This document shows, one piece after another, positions 32,388 through 43,734 of a stretch of DNA of 64,000 bases. The notes beneath the pieces were generated by a model. It ran no database searches. It saw only the letters and a program-made list of their open reading frames with translations, and was not told the DNA's origin. Origin of the DNA: Histomonas meleagridis 2922-C6/04-290x (Eukaryota > Protista > Parabasalia); the NCBI GenBank assembly GCA_020184695.1, contig JAANOX010000030.1, positions 133,296 through 197,295 of the forward strand. The letters run 5' to 3'. Each line of letters opens with the position of its first letter. The stretch's first letter is position 1. A program made the translations under genes and the position numbers.

Positions 32388-35300
32388 ATGAAAAGCAAAA
32401 ATCATTTTTTTTCTCCATATGGTGAATTGAACAAATGGGGAAATTTAAGTCATCTAGGGCATATATTAAATGCATCTCTTTTACTGCATCCAGTAGTTTC
32501 ATACATTCAAATGATTTTTGTATTTTTTCAATTCTATTATGTTCATTCATCAACAGCAATATTCAACCTTGAAACCCAAGTAGGTGTATACAAGTCTGTT
32601 GTACTTGTCTTAAAAAACATACTTTTTTTAGATTTTATTCCTTATCAATATTTTGCGATTGTACTATTTATTTTTTCTATTGTTATTGTTGCTCTCTTTA
32701 TACCAGCAGTTGTCAATCCATCTACAACATTAAATCTTCATTATTTATATTTTCTTGATTTAATGAATCAATTTTTCATCCCTATTTTACTAAATATTAC
32801 AAGTCGTCTAACATATATTTTCTCTGGGAGTTATTATACGAATGGTCTTGATCTCCCATTTCTTATACTCAATGTAATTTCATATTTTATTTTTCTTGTT
32901 TTATATCTAATATTTTTCTTTATACGAAATCGTTCGATATATATTCGAATGAACAACTTAACCACATGGAGTGAAGCCTTTAAAACCATCATACAACTTC
33001 ATACTGTCGTTTTATTAGAAATTTGGGTTATAATACCGACAAGTCACACGAACATCATTATATATTGTTTTGCCATTTTATTTAATTTAAGTAATTTTTT
33101 TGTGTGTTATTTAATGTTACCATTTTGTTCTTATCAAACGAATGTAAACTTTAGTTCCACTGTACTTTTCTTTGTTTTTTTAGAGATACTTTTAATATTA
33201 TGTTCATTAACAGAACTCGATGAAGTTACAGCGTTTATGTGTTGCATCGTAATCTTTTATTTGATACATTTAACTATGTCTTATTTAGTAAAGAAGCGTT
33301 ATGATAAGATATTAATGAAAGACGACAAGGAGTTCCAATCGAATGAAGAAATTCCAGTTGAATTTTACCCCCAAAAAAACGAAGTCTTAAGATTGCGTTT
33401 ATTATATACAGAGAATCAAAAGCAAAGTGTTTTATATGCAAAATATTTGATTAAGAACTCAGATAACTTTGATGCTATTGCAGAGTCTTTAAGGATTCTT
33501 TCGTTCGTTGATGAATTACCAATTGAAGATATATTAAATTTCCCTTTTTCGAAGATAAAATTTTATTATAAACAAATGATATGCGACTTATTTTATGAAG
33601 CATATTCGAAATCGATTAAAGAAGAAGACATGAATTATTATTGGGATAAACTCGATGAGAAATGTAATAAAATTAAACAAAATATATCAAACATTATCGA
33701 AGCAAGTGAATTAGGTATTAAGTCATCAATTAAATATTACACTAAAAAATATACTAAAGGATGTAAAAGATTCGAATTAATGATACATTTTCTTTTACGA
33801 AATTATCCTTATTCAAATAGAGTTAAATGTTATATTGAAGAATATCATACATTCTTAAGAGGATATCTTAGGAATGAAGAACATTGGAATGATTACAGTA
33901 AATTTAAAGAAAATTATATGTTCGGGACTTCAAGTTTAATCCCATTAAATATATCATTAAGTAATTTACCTGAAACAAATGAAACGCACCAAAACTATGA
34001 CACTGTTGCATTAAGTAAAATCACATCAAAGGTTCTATCTGTCTCGAGCACTCTTTGCGTGTTGGCGTTTGTTTTATCGTTATTTTTATCTGTTTATGGC
34101 TTTTGGTTCCAGTCTAGAATTGATGTTTCATATAAAGAAAATGATTCATATCCTTTATCATATGTATGTAACAACATATTAGTTGCAACATATTATAATT
34201 TCAAATCAATAAATCAGGCAATTATCGATTGTAACACAGATTTCGATGTCTTGGGAGATGGGTTTGTTGCAGAATCGGATTTAACATTTTCTGAGTTATA
34301 TAAAATATCAAATAGTTTAACACAACTAAATCATTCGTTATTCCGAATTAGAAATGGCACGGAAAAAGCGCTACAATTATATTATGCAGTTTATGTTGAT
34401 ATTTATCAAAATGTCAATACAACATATGCAATTTTGATCAATGAAATTATGCAACAAATCGAATTTAGACCAAATGAATCATATTGCCAGCCTCGATATA
34501 TCACAATGATCTCAAATTCTGATCGAAATCTGAAGTCATCACGATATCCGACACAACTATTTTATTTATTAATTGAAGACTCAAAAGAATTAATCATTTC
34601 AACGCAAACGAGTAATGGCTTCTTTGAGATCTTAATGATTGCTATAGTTTTGTTGGTATTATTAGCAGTTTCATATTTCATATTTCACTTTGGACGTATC
34701 AAAGAAATGAACATATTCTTCGATCAGTTAATTGCATTAGATAACAATGACTTATCAGTGTTTGAAGATTTATTATATCAAAACAATAATTTAAATCTGG
34801 AAAATAAGTCAGAAAATAACTCAATTGAGAAATTTGATGATGAAGAAATAAGTGAAAACTTAATTAACCAAAAAAACAAAAACAGAAAATTCGGATATTT
34901 ATTATTAGCAACAATTTTGTTCTTTTTATTTGACGTTGGGTTTTTATTAATCGAAGTTACTCAAATGCAAAGTTACATTAAAATGGAAAATGACGTTCAA
35001 AATTGTTATTGTTACTTACAATTATTAATTTCTGAAAACAATTTACATTTGGTCGATCACTTCTATTCAATTTTACAAACTTTATTCTACAACGATACGA
35101 ATTATTTACATGATAACGATAGCTCGTTTTTGAATAGCTCATTGTATTATTTCAATACAACAAAGTATTCAATTAGTAACCCATCGTACTTTAACGTTCC
35201 TTATGAATCAGAACAAATTATTAATAACATAATAAACTCTTCAATTTTATTTGAGAACTTTACGAACATAACGGTTAATGATATGATTAACAATTATAAA

Positions 35301-36614
35301 TTAATCGGTCATATGTTTCAATCATTAAGGGCCCAATATAATATAATTAATAATTGGTTTAATGAAAAACGTCGTAACATTAATTATTTTATTAATGTAA
35401 TTGTTATGATATTTTTTGGAATACTTTTCATTTTTTCAGTGGTTTACTTCATCGTCTTCTTAATTACATTAATTAATTATAAACATTTATTGGAATCATT
35501 AAAAGCTTTAATTACTCTATTACCTTCTCCACATTTTATATCATCCGCTAATATCGTCGATTCATTTTCATTCAGTAATAAGCGTAAAAAGAAAACTAAC
35601 ATTAAAACTATGGCACGTTATATAGTCCAACAGTCAGTGAATTCGTTGTTTATAATCGATTCTTCGAAGATAATTAAAAATGTCAATAAAAATGCAATCG
35701 AATTATTTAGATATAAACGTAAAGATCTGATCCTCAAAGACATTTCGATCTTATTCGATCAAGAAGACCAAAGAACCATTGACTTCTTCGACCAATTGAA
35801 CCTAAATATCCAAAGTTCGCAAGAATTCAATTTGACCGCTTATCGATATGACCAAAGGTCTTTCCCCGTTGGCTGCACTATCATTCCCATCAACCAGTCC
35901 ATCGATAACTCGAAGATTTATATTGTTTTAATACGTGATCGAACTGAATTCATCGAAAATGAAGAAATTTACAAAAGTAAACAAGAGCAAGTGCAAACGC
36001 TACTGCTGAAAATTATGCCACGTGTCATGGTTACGAAGCTGCTGTCAAAGAATCAAGTATTGCATTCGAAGATCAGCCGGGCGACTTTTATGTTCTTCGC
36101 AATCGCCGACTTCTTGAAGTGGTGCTCGAATACGCAGATTGACATTGTCGACTTCTTGGATGAGATCGTTTCAATGTTCGATAAATTAATTGCGAAATAT
36201 CAATCATTGGTTAAAATCAAAATCATCAACGGTGTTTACATGGCAGCTGGCGGTCTCTTCGATGTTACGAAGAATCAAGAAACTGAAATGATCGATTTCG
36301 CAATTGATTGCATCAAATGGATCAAGTTACACAACAAGGAGTTGAACATAGAGATCAACTACAAGGTGGGGATCAACACGGACGGGCCAATCATCGCAGG
36401 CATATTGGGCCACGACAAACCGTTTTTTGACGTGTACGGCGATGCGGTGAATGTCGCGTCGAGGCTGTGCACATCGGCGCCAATAAACTGCATCCAAATA
36501 TCAGAGGACTTAAAGAACAATATCCCGCATGGAAAGTATAAGCTGAAAAGAAGAGAAAAGGTCTTCTTGAAAGGTAAAGGAGAATGCACAACGTACATAG
36601 TGTGCAAAAGATAA
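32388..36614 (+). CDS. Multi-pass membrane PAS-domain class III nucleotidyl cyclase-like protein
   Basis: Many TM helices, a PAS-like segment (NSLFIIDSSKIIKNVNKNAIELFRY) and cyclase motifs KIKIINGVYMAAGG and FDVYGDAVNVASRL. ATG at 32388 is preferred over the TTG at 32370. Confidence 0.9.
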   Translation: MKSKNHFFSPYGELNKWGNLSHLGHILNASLLLHPVVSYIQMIFVFFQFYYVHSSTAIFNLETQVGVYKSVVLVLKNILFLDFIPYQYFAIVLFIFSIVIVALFIPAVVNPSTTLNLHYLYFLDLMNQFFIPILLNITSRLTYIFSGSYYTNGLDLPFLILNVISYFIFLVLYLIFFFIRNRSIYIRMNNLTTWSEAFKTIIQLHTVVLLEIWVIIPTSHTNIIIYCFAILFNLSNFFVCYLMLPFCSYQTNVNFSSTVLFFVFLEILLILCSLTELDEVTAFMCCIVIFYLIHLTMSYLVKKRYDKILMKDDKEFQSNEEIPVEFYPQKNEVLRLRLLYTENQKQSVLYAKYLIKNSDNFDAIAESLRILSFVDELPIEDILNFPFSKIKFYYKQMICDLFYEAYSKSIKEEDMNYYWDKLDEKCNKIKQNISNIIEASELGIKSSIKYYTKKYTKGCKRFELMIHFLLRNYPYSNRVKCYIEEYHTFLRGYLRNEEHWNDYSKFKENYMFGTSSLIPLNISLSNLPETNETHQNYDTVALSKITSKVLSVSSTLCVLAFVLSLFLSVYGFWFQSRIDVSYKENDSYPLSYVCNNILVATYYNFKSINQAIIDCNTDFDVLGDGFVAESDLTFSELYKISNSLTQLNHSLFRIRNGTEKALQLYYAVYVDIYQNVNTTYAILINEIMQQIEFRPNESYCQPRYITMISNSDRNLKSSRYPTQLFYLLIEDSKELIISTQTSNGFFEILMIAIVLLVLLAVSYFIFHFGRIKEMNIFFDQLIALDNNDLSVFEDLLYQNNNLNLENKSENNSIEKFDDEEISENLINQKNKNRKFGYLLLATILFFLFDVGFLLIEVTQMQSYIKMENDVQNCYCYLQLLISENNLHLVDHFYSILQTLFYNDTNYLHDNDSSFLNSSLYYFNTTKYSISNPSYFNVPYESEQIINNIINSSILFENFTNITVNDMINNYKLIGHMFQSLRAQYNIINNWFNEKRRNINYFINVIVMIFFGILFIFSVVYFIVFLITLINYKHLLESLKALITLLPSPHFISSANIVDSFSFSNKRKKKTNIKTMARYIVQQSVNSLFIIDSSKIIKNVNKNAIELFRYKRKDLILKDISILFDQEDQRTIDFFDQLNLNIQSSQEFNLTAYRYDQRSFPVGCTIIPINQSIDNSKIYIVLIRDRTEFIENEEIYKSKQEQVQTLLLKIMPRVMVTKLLSKNQVLHSKISRATFMFFAIADFLKWCSNTQIDIVDFLDEIVSMFDKLIAKYQSLVKIKIINGVYMAAGGLFDVTKNQETEMIDFAIDCIKWIKLHNKELNIEINYKVGINTDGPIIAGILGHDKPFFDVYGDAVNVASRLCTSAPINCIQISEDLKNNIPHGKYKLKRREKVFLKGKGECTTYIVCKR

Positions 36615-37723
36615 ATAAATTTATGTTTGGATTAAATGTTATGTTTTACAGTACGATTTTTGCAATATGTAATGGCTCAAAACTGAATTAAATTTCGCTT
36701 TGTTTTGTGAAAGTGGATACAGATTCAGATTAAAAAGTGCACTGATTTGAAAGCAAATTATCGTCTATGCGCCATAGAAGATATAATATATAATTGAAGG
36801 ATATTGACAATTAATACCAATGGTAGTTGAAGCATTTGCTCTTTTCATATTAAAAGTCTCCAAATCAATTCAAATTTATAAATAAAAAGCCATGAATTAC
36901 TTAAAATTGGCCCATAAAAATACTGGTAATTATAATAATATAAAATTCTTTATATTAACAATAAGACATTATGGTGAAAATAAAAACAAAATCATTAAAT
37001 ATTTTGGTTTATGCTTAAATAAATTATGTTATAACTCATGCAAATAATGTTCAAGCTTCAATTTCAAAAATAAAATAATTTATCAACTATCATAAAAGAT
37101 AATATTTTGTATAATAATCAAACCAACTGAGCTTATGATAAAGATTAATATGTTTATAATTTAAAAATATTAATAATTCGTTGAGAAAAATGTATGTGAA
37201 ATAAGATTGGAGCCAGTTTTTTTGAATGGTTGTAAAATGACTTTTTGAGAATTATGCGATATTTCACACAATACAACGAATTTTTCCAGAAAGACGATGT
37301 TACGTCATTCAATTTTTCTATTGGCCGTTCCAATAATTATAAACATATTTATACTGTTATTGGGATGAAAAATCTGCACATTCACCATGTTTTCCATGTG
37401 TCAATAATGTGTATAATGTCATATTAAGTGGATTAAGTTCATTTTTGTAAAAAATTATTAATGAATTCCATAGATTGCGTCACAGTATTGATTTTTAACT
37501 TAAAACAGGATTTAAAATTCATTTTTCCATGAATTTTCTTTACAAACAAAACTAAGAAATTCCGAAATTATGAATTTTAGTGATTAAAAAAATCCGAAAA
37601 TATTGTATCGGAAAAATAAAAAAATAGTATTTAAACAACTCTCAATATATCTTTAATATGGATTAACAAATTTGAAGTATTTGATCATAATTTATCGCAT
37701 TATTATTGTGGTTTACCGTGCAT

Positions 37724-38269
37724 TTAGTTGATTGTAGCAAGTGTTACATTGTCATATAAATCTGTGTTCTGATAAAGGTCAATACCTTGTTTCTTTTCGG
37801 AATTTTGGCGTTCCCATTGACGAAGCATAAGTTGCCACCTATTCCTAAGACTGTTATCTGATCTATTGGTGAAGAATTTTGCGATTTTATTCCACCTAGG
37901 GCCATATTCTGCAAATTTATCAACCAATAAATGATCTTCTTCAAAAGTCCATGGATCATTTCTTAGATTTGGATCAAGATAATTTTTATATCTTTCTCTA
38001 CATTGTCTATGATTTCTTGTGCCCATCAAACTTGAAATCAATTTCCAAGATGAAGTTCCATGAATTTGTACGAGTTCTTTTAATTTTTGATCTTCTTCTG
38101 GTGTGAATTTACACTTTACAATTTTTCCTGATTTTGGTTTAATTTCAACATTTGGATTTACAGGAGCTTGTTGTTGCTGAGGTTGTGGCTGTTGATTTTG
38201 ATCGCGACAAACATATAGTTGGGGATCAATGAGTTGAGGAGGAACCCTTAGTTGTAGGGATGTAAACAT
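37724..38269 (-). CDS. R2R3 Myb-like transcription factor
   Basis: KFTPEEDQKL...WKLIS..MGTRNHRQCRERYKNYL and PWTFEEDHLL...GPRWNKIA.FFTNRSDNSLRNRW. Confidence 0.95.
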   Translation of the reverse strand: MFTSLQLRVPPQLIDPQLYVCRDQNQQPQPQQQQAPVNPNVEIKPKSGKIVKCKFTPEEDQKLKELVQIHGTSSWKLISSLMGTRNHRQCRERYKNYLDPNLRNDPWTFEEDHLLVDKFAEYGPRWNKIAKFFTNRSDNSLRNRWQLMLRQWERQNSEKKQGIDLYQNTDLYDNVTLATIN

Positions 38270-38948
38270 GACAACAAGTAAAATTTGATTTTGCCGTTAG
38301 GAAGGTCATTGAATCACTTTTTCTGTGAAAACTTTTCACTGTTCTCCTTTGAAAAATTATCCAGCTGTCCGGAATTGGATACTTTACAAAAAGACGCTAG
38401 GAATAGGACCACATGTGATTGAATGGGCTGAAGACCAAAAATAAAATCAAAGGTGAAACGGTTCCGATCTGATCCGATTGAGAACGTTTATCGTTTTTTG
38501 AGGGTTGGTTTCGAAATCAACAAACATTGCAAATGTAAGGAATAACGAAAAAACAATTATATCCTAAAAGAATTCAAATCACTTGATAAACTTTTGATAA
38601 ACCATAAAATTCTTGAAACATTAAAAATTGAAAAAATTTAAATAGTTAGCTATCTCATAATAATAAAGTTTCACTATAGCAACCAAACTAGCTTAGCTTG
38701 TTAGAATTATGCAACTTGATTTAAATACATATATGTTTGATATTTTTGATTTTTTTTTTTTTACATTGTCATGATTGTTGAAATTTCAAAGTATAAAATG
38801 TTTGGTGGACATAATTTCTTGCGCATTTATCTAAATGTTTGGAAATCAATGTTGAAATAGGTTGAAGTGGAAAGCTGCAACCAAAATGAGCAGCTAAACA
38901 TTCTCAATTCATAATAAACGGTCTTCTCAGTCTTCTGGTTGAGTAATA

Positions 38949-39218
38949 ATGAATACGAACCAGCCAAAAGCAATTGTTATTACTCCAGCAATAGCTCATT
39001 TTGAAAAATTAATTTCTGAATATGAGGCATTACAAAAAGGAACACATCCAGAACTTGTTAAATTACAGAAGGAACAAAATGAACAAATTTCAGAAAAGTT
39101 TCTTATTCTTGATAATTATGCAAGATACCAAAAGCACATTATTGAAGAACAATGTAATTGTGAAATTCAATCCGCTCAAGAAGAATTTGAAGATTTTTGT
39201 GCTTCTCATCCAGAATAA
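38949..39218 (+). CDS. Short Sds3/BRMS1-like coiled-coil protein
   Basis: LQKGTHPEL motif followed by a charged coiled coil, as in Sin3-complex Sds3-family proteins. Only 89 aa. Confidence 0.6.
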   Translation: MNTNQPKAIVITPAIAHFEKLISEYEALQKGTHPELVKLQKEQNEQISEKFLILDNYARYQKHIIEEQCNCEIQSAQEEFEDFCASHPE

Positions 39219-39556
39219 TTATTTTTAGCTATTTCAAGTACTTGTGCAAATTCTCTCTTCAAAAAAATGAAGAAAAATCAATTTTATCTAAATAAATATT
39301 TAATTAAAATTATAAACAATTCTTAATGTATTTGATCTATACACTAAAAAAATTGAAATTTAAAGACTTGATATTAATACATTACTTGTAACAATAAAAC
39401 GTAATTTGTTTTAGAGTTAACTCATCCAAATTTGGATAACAAATTTTTTTCATTTTTGTTTAACTGGTCAAATGATCTATAATTAACGTTCTCTGTTTTT
39501 TAAATGCAATTTGGGGCACCCCATATGATATTGAATTTTTTAAAAAATTTTCATCA

Positions 39557-40228
39557 ATGGATCCTTATTATCTCCTTCAAAAAGAAGTTATTACAGGTAT
39601 TGATAATTTACAAGAAATGTTAAATAATCGAGAAGATATGTTAAATGATTCACGTGGTGTTAATGTTGAAATTTTTAAAACGCTTGGAGTTAAAATGATG
39701 AATGATATCAATACTATTCGAGGATTTTTGAAAGACATTGAAGAATCTATTCAACAGGTTCGGCAAAATCCAGAAATATTTCAACTTAGTGAGAACGAAC
39801 TTTCACTTCGAGATTCATTTGTTCAACAATCCACTATTAATCTTAATGATATTGAACAAAACATGAAAGCACAATCATCTAATCAGCGTATTCAATTTCA
39901 TCGTCCTTCATTTCATGAAGATCCTTTGTTTCCACAAGAAACGAATGATCCACAAACGCAATTACAACTACATCAAGAAGAACGTATTGAAGCCATTGGT
40001 CATAGTGTTGGCTTACAAATGCAAATTGGGAAAGAAATCATTCAAGAAATTGATGATCAGCGCCAACTCATATTAGACTTAGAAGACGGCGTTGACAATG
40101 CGCAGACCGCCATGCGCAAAGTTACACGACAAATCACAGAGATAATTGACAATGAAGGCCGCGGCCCAACGTTTGCAGTCTTTGGACTTTCCGTTGCACT
40201 TATTTTAATTTTATTTTTTGTTATATGA
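39557..40228 (+). CDS. Syntaxin-6/Tlg1-like Qc-SNARE
   Basis: Syntaxin-6 N-terminal motif MDPYYLLQKEV, ELSLRDSFV, SNARE heptads (EIDDQRQLILDLEDGVD) and a C-terminal TM anchor. Confidence 0.88.
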   Translation: MDPYYLLQKEVITGIDNLQEMLNNREDMLNDSRGVNVEIFKTLGVKMMNDINTIRGFLKDIEESIQQVRQNPEIFQLSENELSLRDSFVQQSTINLNDIEQNMKAQSSNQRIQFHRPSFHEDPLFPQETNDPQTQLQLHQEERIEAIGHSVGLQMQIGKEIIQEIDDQRQLILDLEDGVDNAQTAMRKVTRQITEIIDNEGRGPTFAVFGLSVALILILFFVI

Positions 40229-40259
40229 AAATAAAAATATTTTAAATTAATATTTATAT

Positions 40260-40846
40260 TTATGGAAATATTGTGCTCGGCGTGTTGCAAAGCTTTTTAA
40301 CAAGTTGAACAAATTCTGTTGATGTGTCCCAATCTTTGTCTGTGGGAAGATTAAGCGTGAACTTAAATGTTGAGCCAATCGTTGGATTGCGCGGAACTTC
40401 GCTTTCGCTGGCTTTGTCTTTGATTTGTAATATTTTATGAAGAAGATGTTCACGAATCTCTGACGCGGTAAGTGCTGAAAATGTAAACGTAATACACCAA
40501 CGTTCCCATATTTCGGTAGTATACGTATCTCGGAACCATCCTTTACGTGGAATAGAATATGATAATGTCAATATTAACCATGCTGTGCCTTCTTTTTTTC
40601 ATAACGACCTGAAAAAACTTCTTGTTGCATAGGTAAAAGTCGCGTTTTAATATATTCAGTAACTTGCTCTGTTTCACCACTAGCATAACAAATATCAACA
40701 CCTGGAAGTAAGATTGACTTTGGTGAAACTTGTGTATCAATCGAACGATGAAATAAAATGGTATGAATAATAGCTTGCGCACAATCAAGAAATTGATCTG
40801 GACTAATTTCTAAAGGATCAAGAATATGTTCTGGAATGTGAGTCAT
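40260..40846 (-). CDS. ATG101: Atg101-like HORMA protein, split by a one-base frame break at 40593-40599
   Basis: IIHTILFHR in the 5' ORF; WF finger RKGWF and IWERW in the 3' ORF. Adding one A to the A7 run joins them as YEKKEGTAWLILTLSYSIPRKGWF. Confidence 0.8.
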
Positions 40847-41089
40847 AAAAAAGAAAAAATTTAAAAAAGATTTTTATTTAACGGTCGAAATAAAACATGA
40901 AAATACGTTAATCGTTAAAATAAGAAAAAAATATTTGAAATTTAATAATATTGGATTAAATATCAACAAGACTATATACATGTATATCAAAAAATTCAAT
41001 AATAAGATTGGTTGATGATTCATCTTTATTTGAGAGTACCCAAAGGGTAATTACATTGCACTTTTTCTTTCTCAAAATTACATTCTTGA

Positions 41090-42494
41090 ATGCTATGCGA
41101 GGAACAGCAACGCAAAACTATAAATTCAATAAATGATAAATTGCAAACACTTATAACAATTAAACAGATTGTTTTTTTGGTTTAAACACAAGAAACGACA
41201 TAGAGTCAGTGTGTTCAATAATCCAAAACATTGATATCATTTACCCATTATCTAATAATATACTTGTTAGTCAAATGATAAATACATTAATACTCATTAA
41301 AAAAATTGACTGTAGTTTATACTTAAATTTTATTAAGGAAATTGAAACATTTGAAAAGAACAATAACATTAAATCTAAAATATTTAAAATATTCATCCAG
41401 CTTATTCTTGATCAAAATTCGCAAGGAGCATATTATCTTCTTGAAAATATGATTGAGCATAATATTATTGAGTCTGAAATCGTACAAAACAAAGTGAATC
41501 CATATTTCATGCATCACATGTCAGATGAAGAAATTAAAAAATCAGAAATTAGTGTATATTTGAAGCAATTTGCAGTAAAATATGAAGAACTATCAAAGAA
41601 CGATTGGGAACTTCATAAGAAATTAATCAAAGAAGGAGTTAATCCGAATGAAATTGCAACAATAATTCGAAATGATGAAATAGAGAAACTTCAAGAAATA
41701 TCATCGCAAAGTGATTTCAATTTTGATCAACACATAGCACTATCAATTTATGAAAGATGTGATTTTGTATATAATTGGAATGTTTCATTAATTGATTATG
41801 CAGCATTTTTTTCAGCAGTAAAATGTTTTAAATTTTTACTTATGAATAACGCAAATGTAAAGAATACAGGAAAATATGCAGTTTCAGGTGGAAATGAAGA
41901 ATCATTCATTTATGTGAACAAAATCATTCATCATTTGAAGATGCATATGAAACAGCAATAAAATTCCATCGAAATGATATCTTTAAATATCTTTATGAAA
42001 ACAAATTAGAAGAAATTAATAATTTAGAAAAATTGGGCGAAATATGTATTTCATATCATAATTATGAAATTTTTTTGTACCAATTAGAAAGAGGAATGAA
42101 AATTAATGAAAATATTATTAATAAATCAGCAAAAAATGGAAACTTATATCTCACCAGGTATTTTTTAGAATAAAACATAATACCAAAAAATATTATACTT
42201 TATTCATCAGAATCAGGAAATATTGAACTTGTTGAATATATTTTAAAGCAAGAAGGAATTGATATTAATTCTAAAGATGTTTATTTGTTTCATTTGAAAT
42301 TTATTTTTTTTGATTATATATTTCAAAATAATATTTGGAAATTATTTAAATTGCTTCATACTGCACTTATTTTAGCATCTTTATTTAATCAAAAGGAAGT
42401 AGTTAAAATACTTCAAGAATATATATATATATTCTTAAATGAAAACAAATTATACATAAAAACATCATTATTTCATGTATTTGATTTAAAATAA
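41090..42494 (+). pseudogene. DUF3447-ankyrin paralog with two single-base frame breaks, an in-frame TAA and one 81-nt spacer
   Basis: Paralogous to the 15701-18373 gene (EGVNPNEI..IIRNDEIEKLQEISSQS, IDYAAFF). Frame breaks at T7 41172-78 and AA 41900-01; TAA at 42171-73. The spacer at 42279-42359 sits between SKD and TALILAS. Confidence 0.75.
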
Positions 42495-42872
42495 TTTTTT
42501 ACTTTAATAAATAAAATTTATTTCTTACATTGAGGTAATTTTATTTGGAAATTCAATAAAAGTTGATGAAGAAGCACTAAATTTGCATAAGTGAGATCTT
42601 ACGGTACTGATGAACAAGATAAATTTTATCACAAATACTATTACTCTTTGGATGTTTAAATCATTTTATTCTTGTATTGAAACGAAATTTGTTTAAATGC
42701 AAAATAATAAACATGAAGTTATGTGCTGAAATTGTTGAGGGCAATATTAGGTGAAAAGAAATGAAAATTTTGGTTCATCATGAATATCATTTGAAAAAAA
42801 TGTTTAAGTACTCAAATAATGAAATAAACCATAGAAAACACAAACGGATTCCACAAAAAATTTTTCTTCTTT

Positions 42873-43705
42873 ATGGCATTGGTTGAAGATACGACAACAA
42901 TTCTTAATTCAAGTCAAATAGAGAATAGTTTTAAAATTGCGCAAGTATTACAAATTCGAAAAGAGACAGAAAAAAGTATTCAAAAGTATCAAAACATATG
43001 TTTATCACTTGAAAAAATTCTATTTAATAATCCTAATAGTGAAGTTGAACTCCATTACATTCCATTATCATTGAGTAAATTATCCGAAATTTATAAAAAA
43101 AAAAAGAAGATTATAACAAAGCGTTTCTTTTTATGAAATGTAGTCGACAATTTCTTGAATATATTGCTAATGAACGAACTAAAGCACATAATTCTAATGC
43201 TAGAGAAGATGAAGAAGGACTTCAATATGAAGAGCACACACTTCAAGAGTTATTTTCGAACATGCATTTAGCCTTTGATGCTCCAGATGCATTACCGCCT
43301 AAAGATCCACAAGAAATCATTGATGAACTTTTACAAGCCAAGAAACGACAAGAAGAAGAAATCACACGACAAAATTTGGAGAAATTGAAACGCATTAATG
43401 AAGAGCGCAAGAAACGACTTTCTACATCAAAATTTGAGCGCTTTCTTGACTTTGTTAACAACCATTCCATCATTGTTGTTATTGTTATCTTTATCTTTTT
43501 TGTTATTATATTACTTATTTCATATTTTTATATCAAACGTGGCAACAGTAACATTCAAAAGATTCTTCAAAACAACAAACGCAAACACAACAGCAACAAC
43601 AATAAACATTCGAATCTCAATTACGAAAATATTAAAGAATTTCGTGAAACATTTCGTAAATTAAATGAAGAACGCCAAAAATTAAAAGAAAACACGGAAC
43701 TTTAA
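42873..43705 (+). CDS. Single-pass membrane protein with a TPR-like N-terminal helix, split at an A11 run (43095-43105)
   Basis: Adding one A joins the two track ORFs as LSKLSEIYKKKKEDYNKAFLFMKCSRQFLEY. TM helix IIVVIVIFIFFVIILLISYFYI. Confidence 0.65.
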
Positions 43706-43734
43706 ATAAATAATAAATAAAAAATATTATTACT

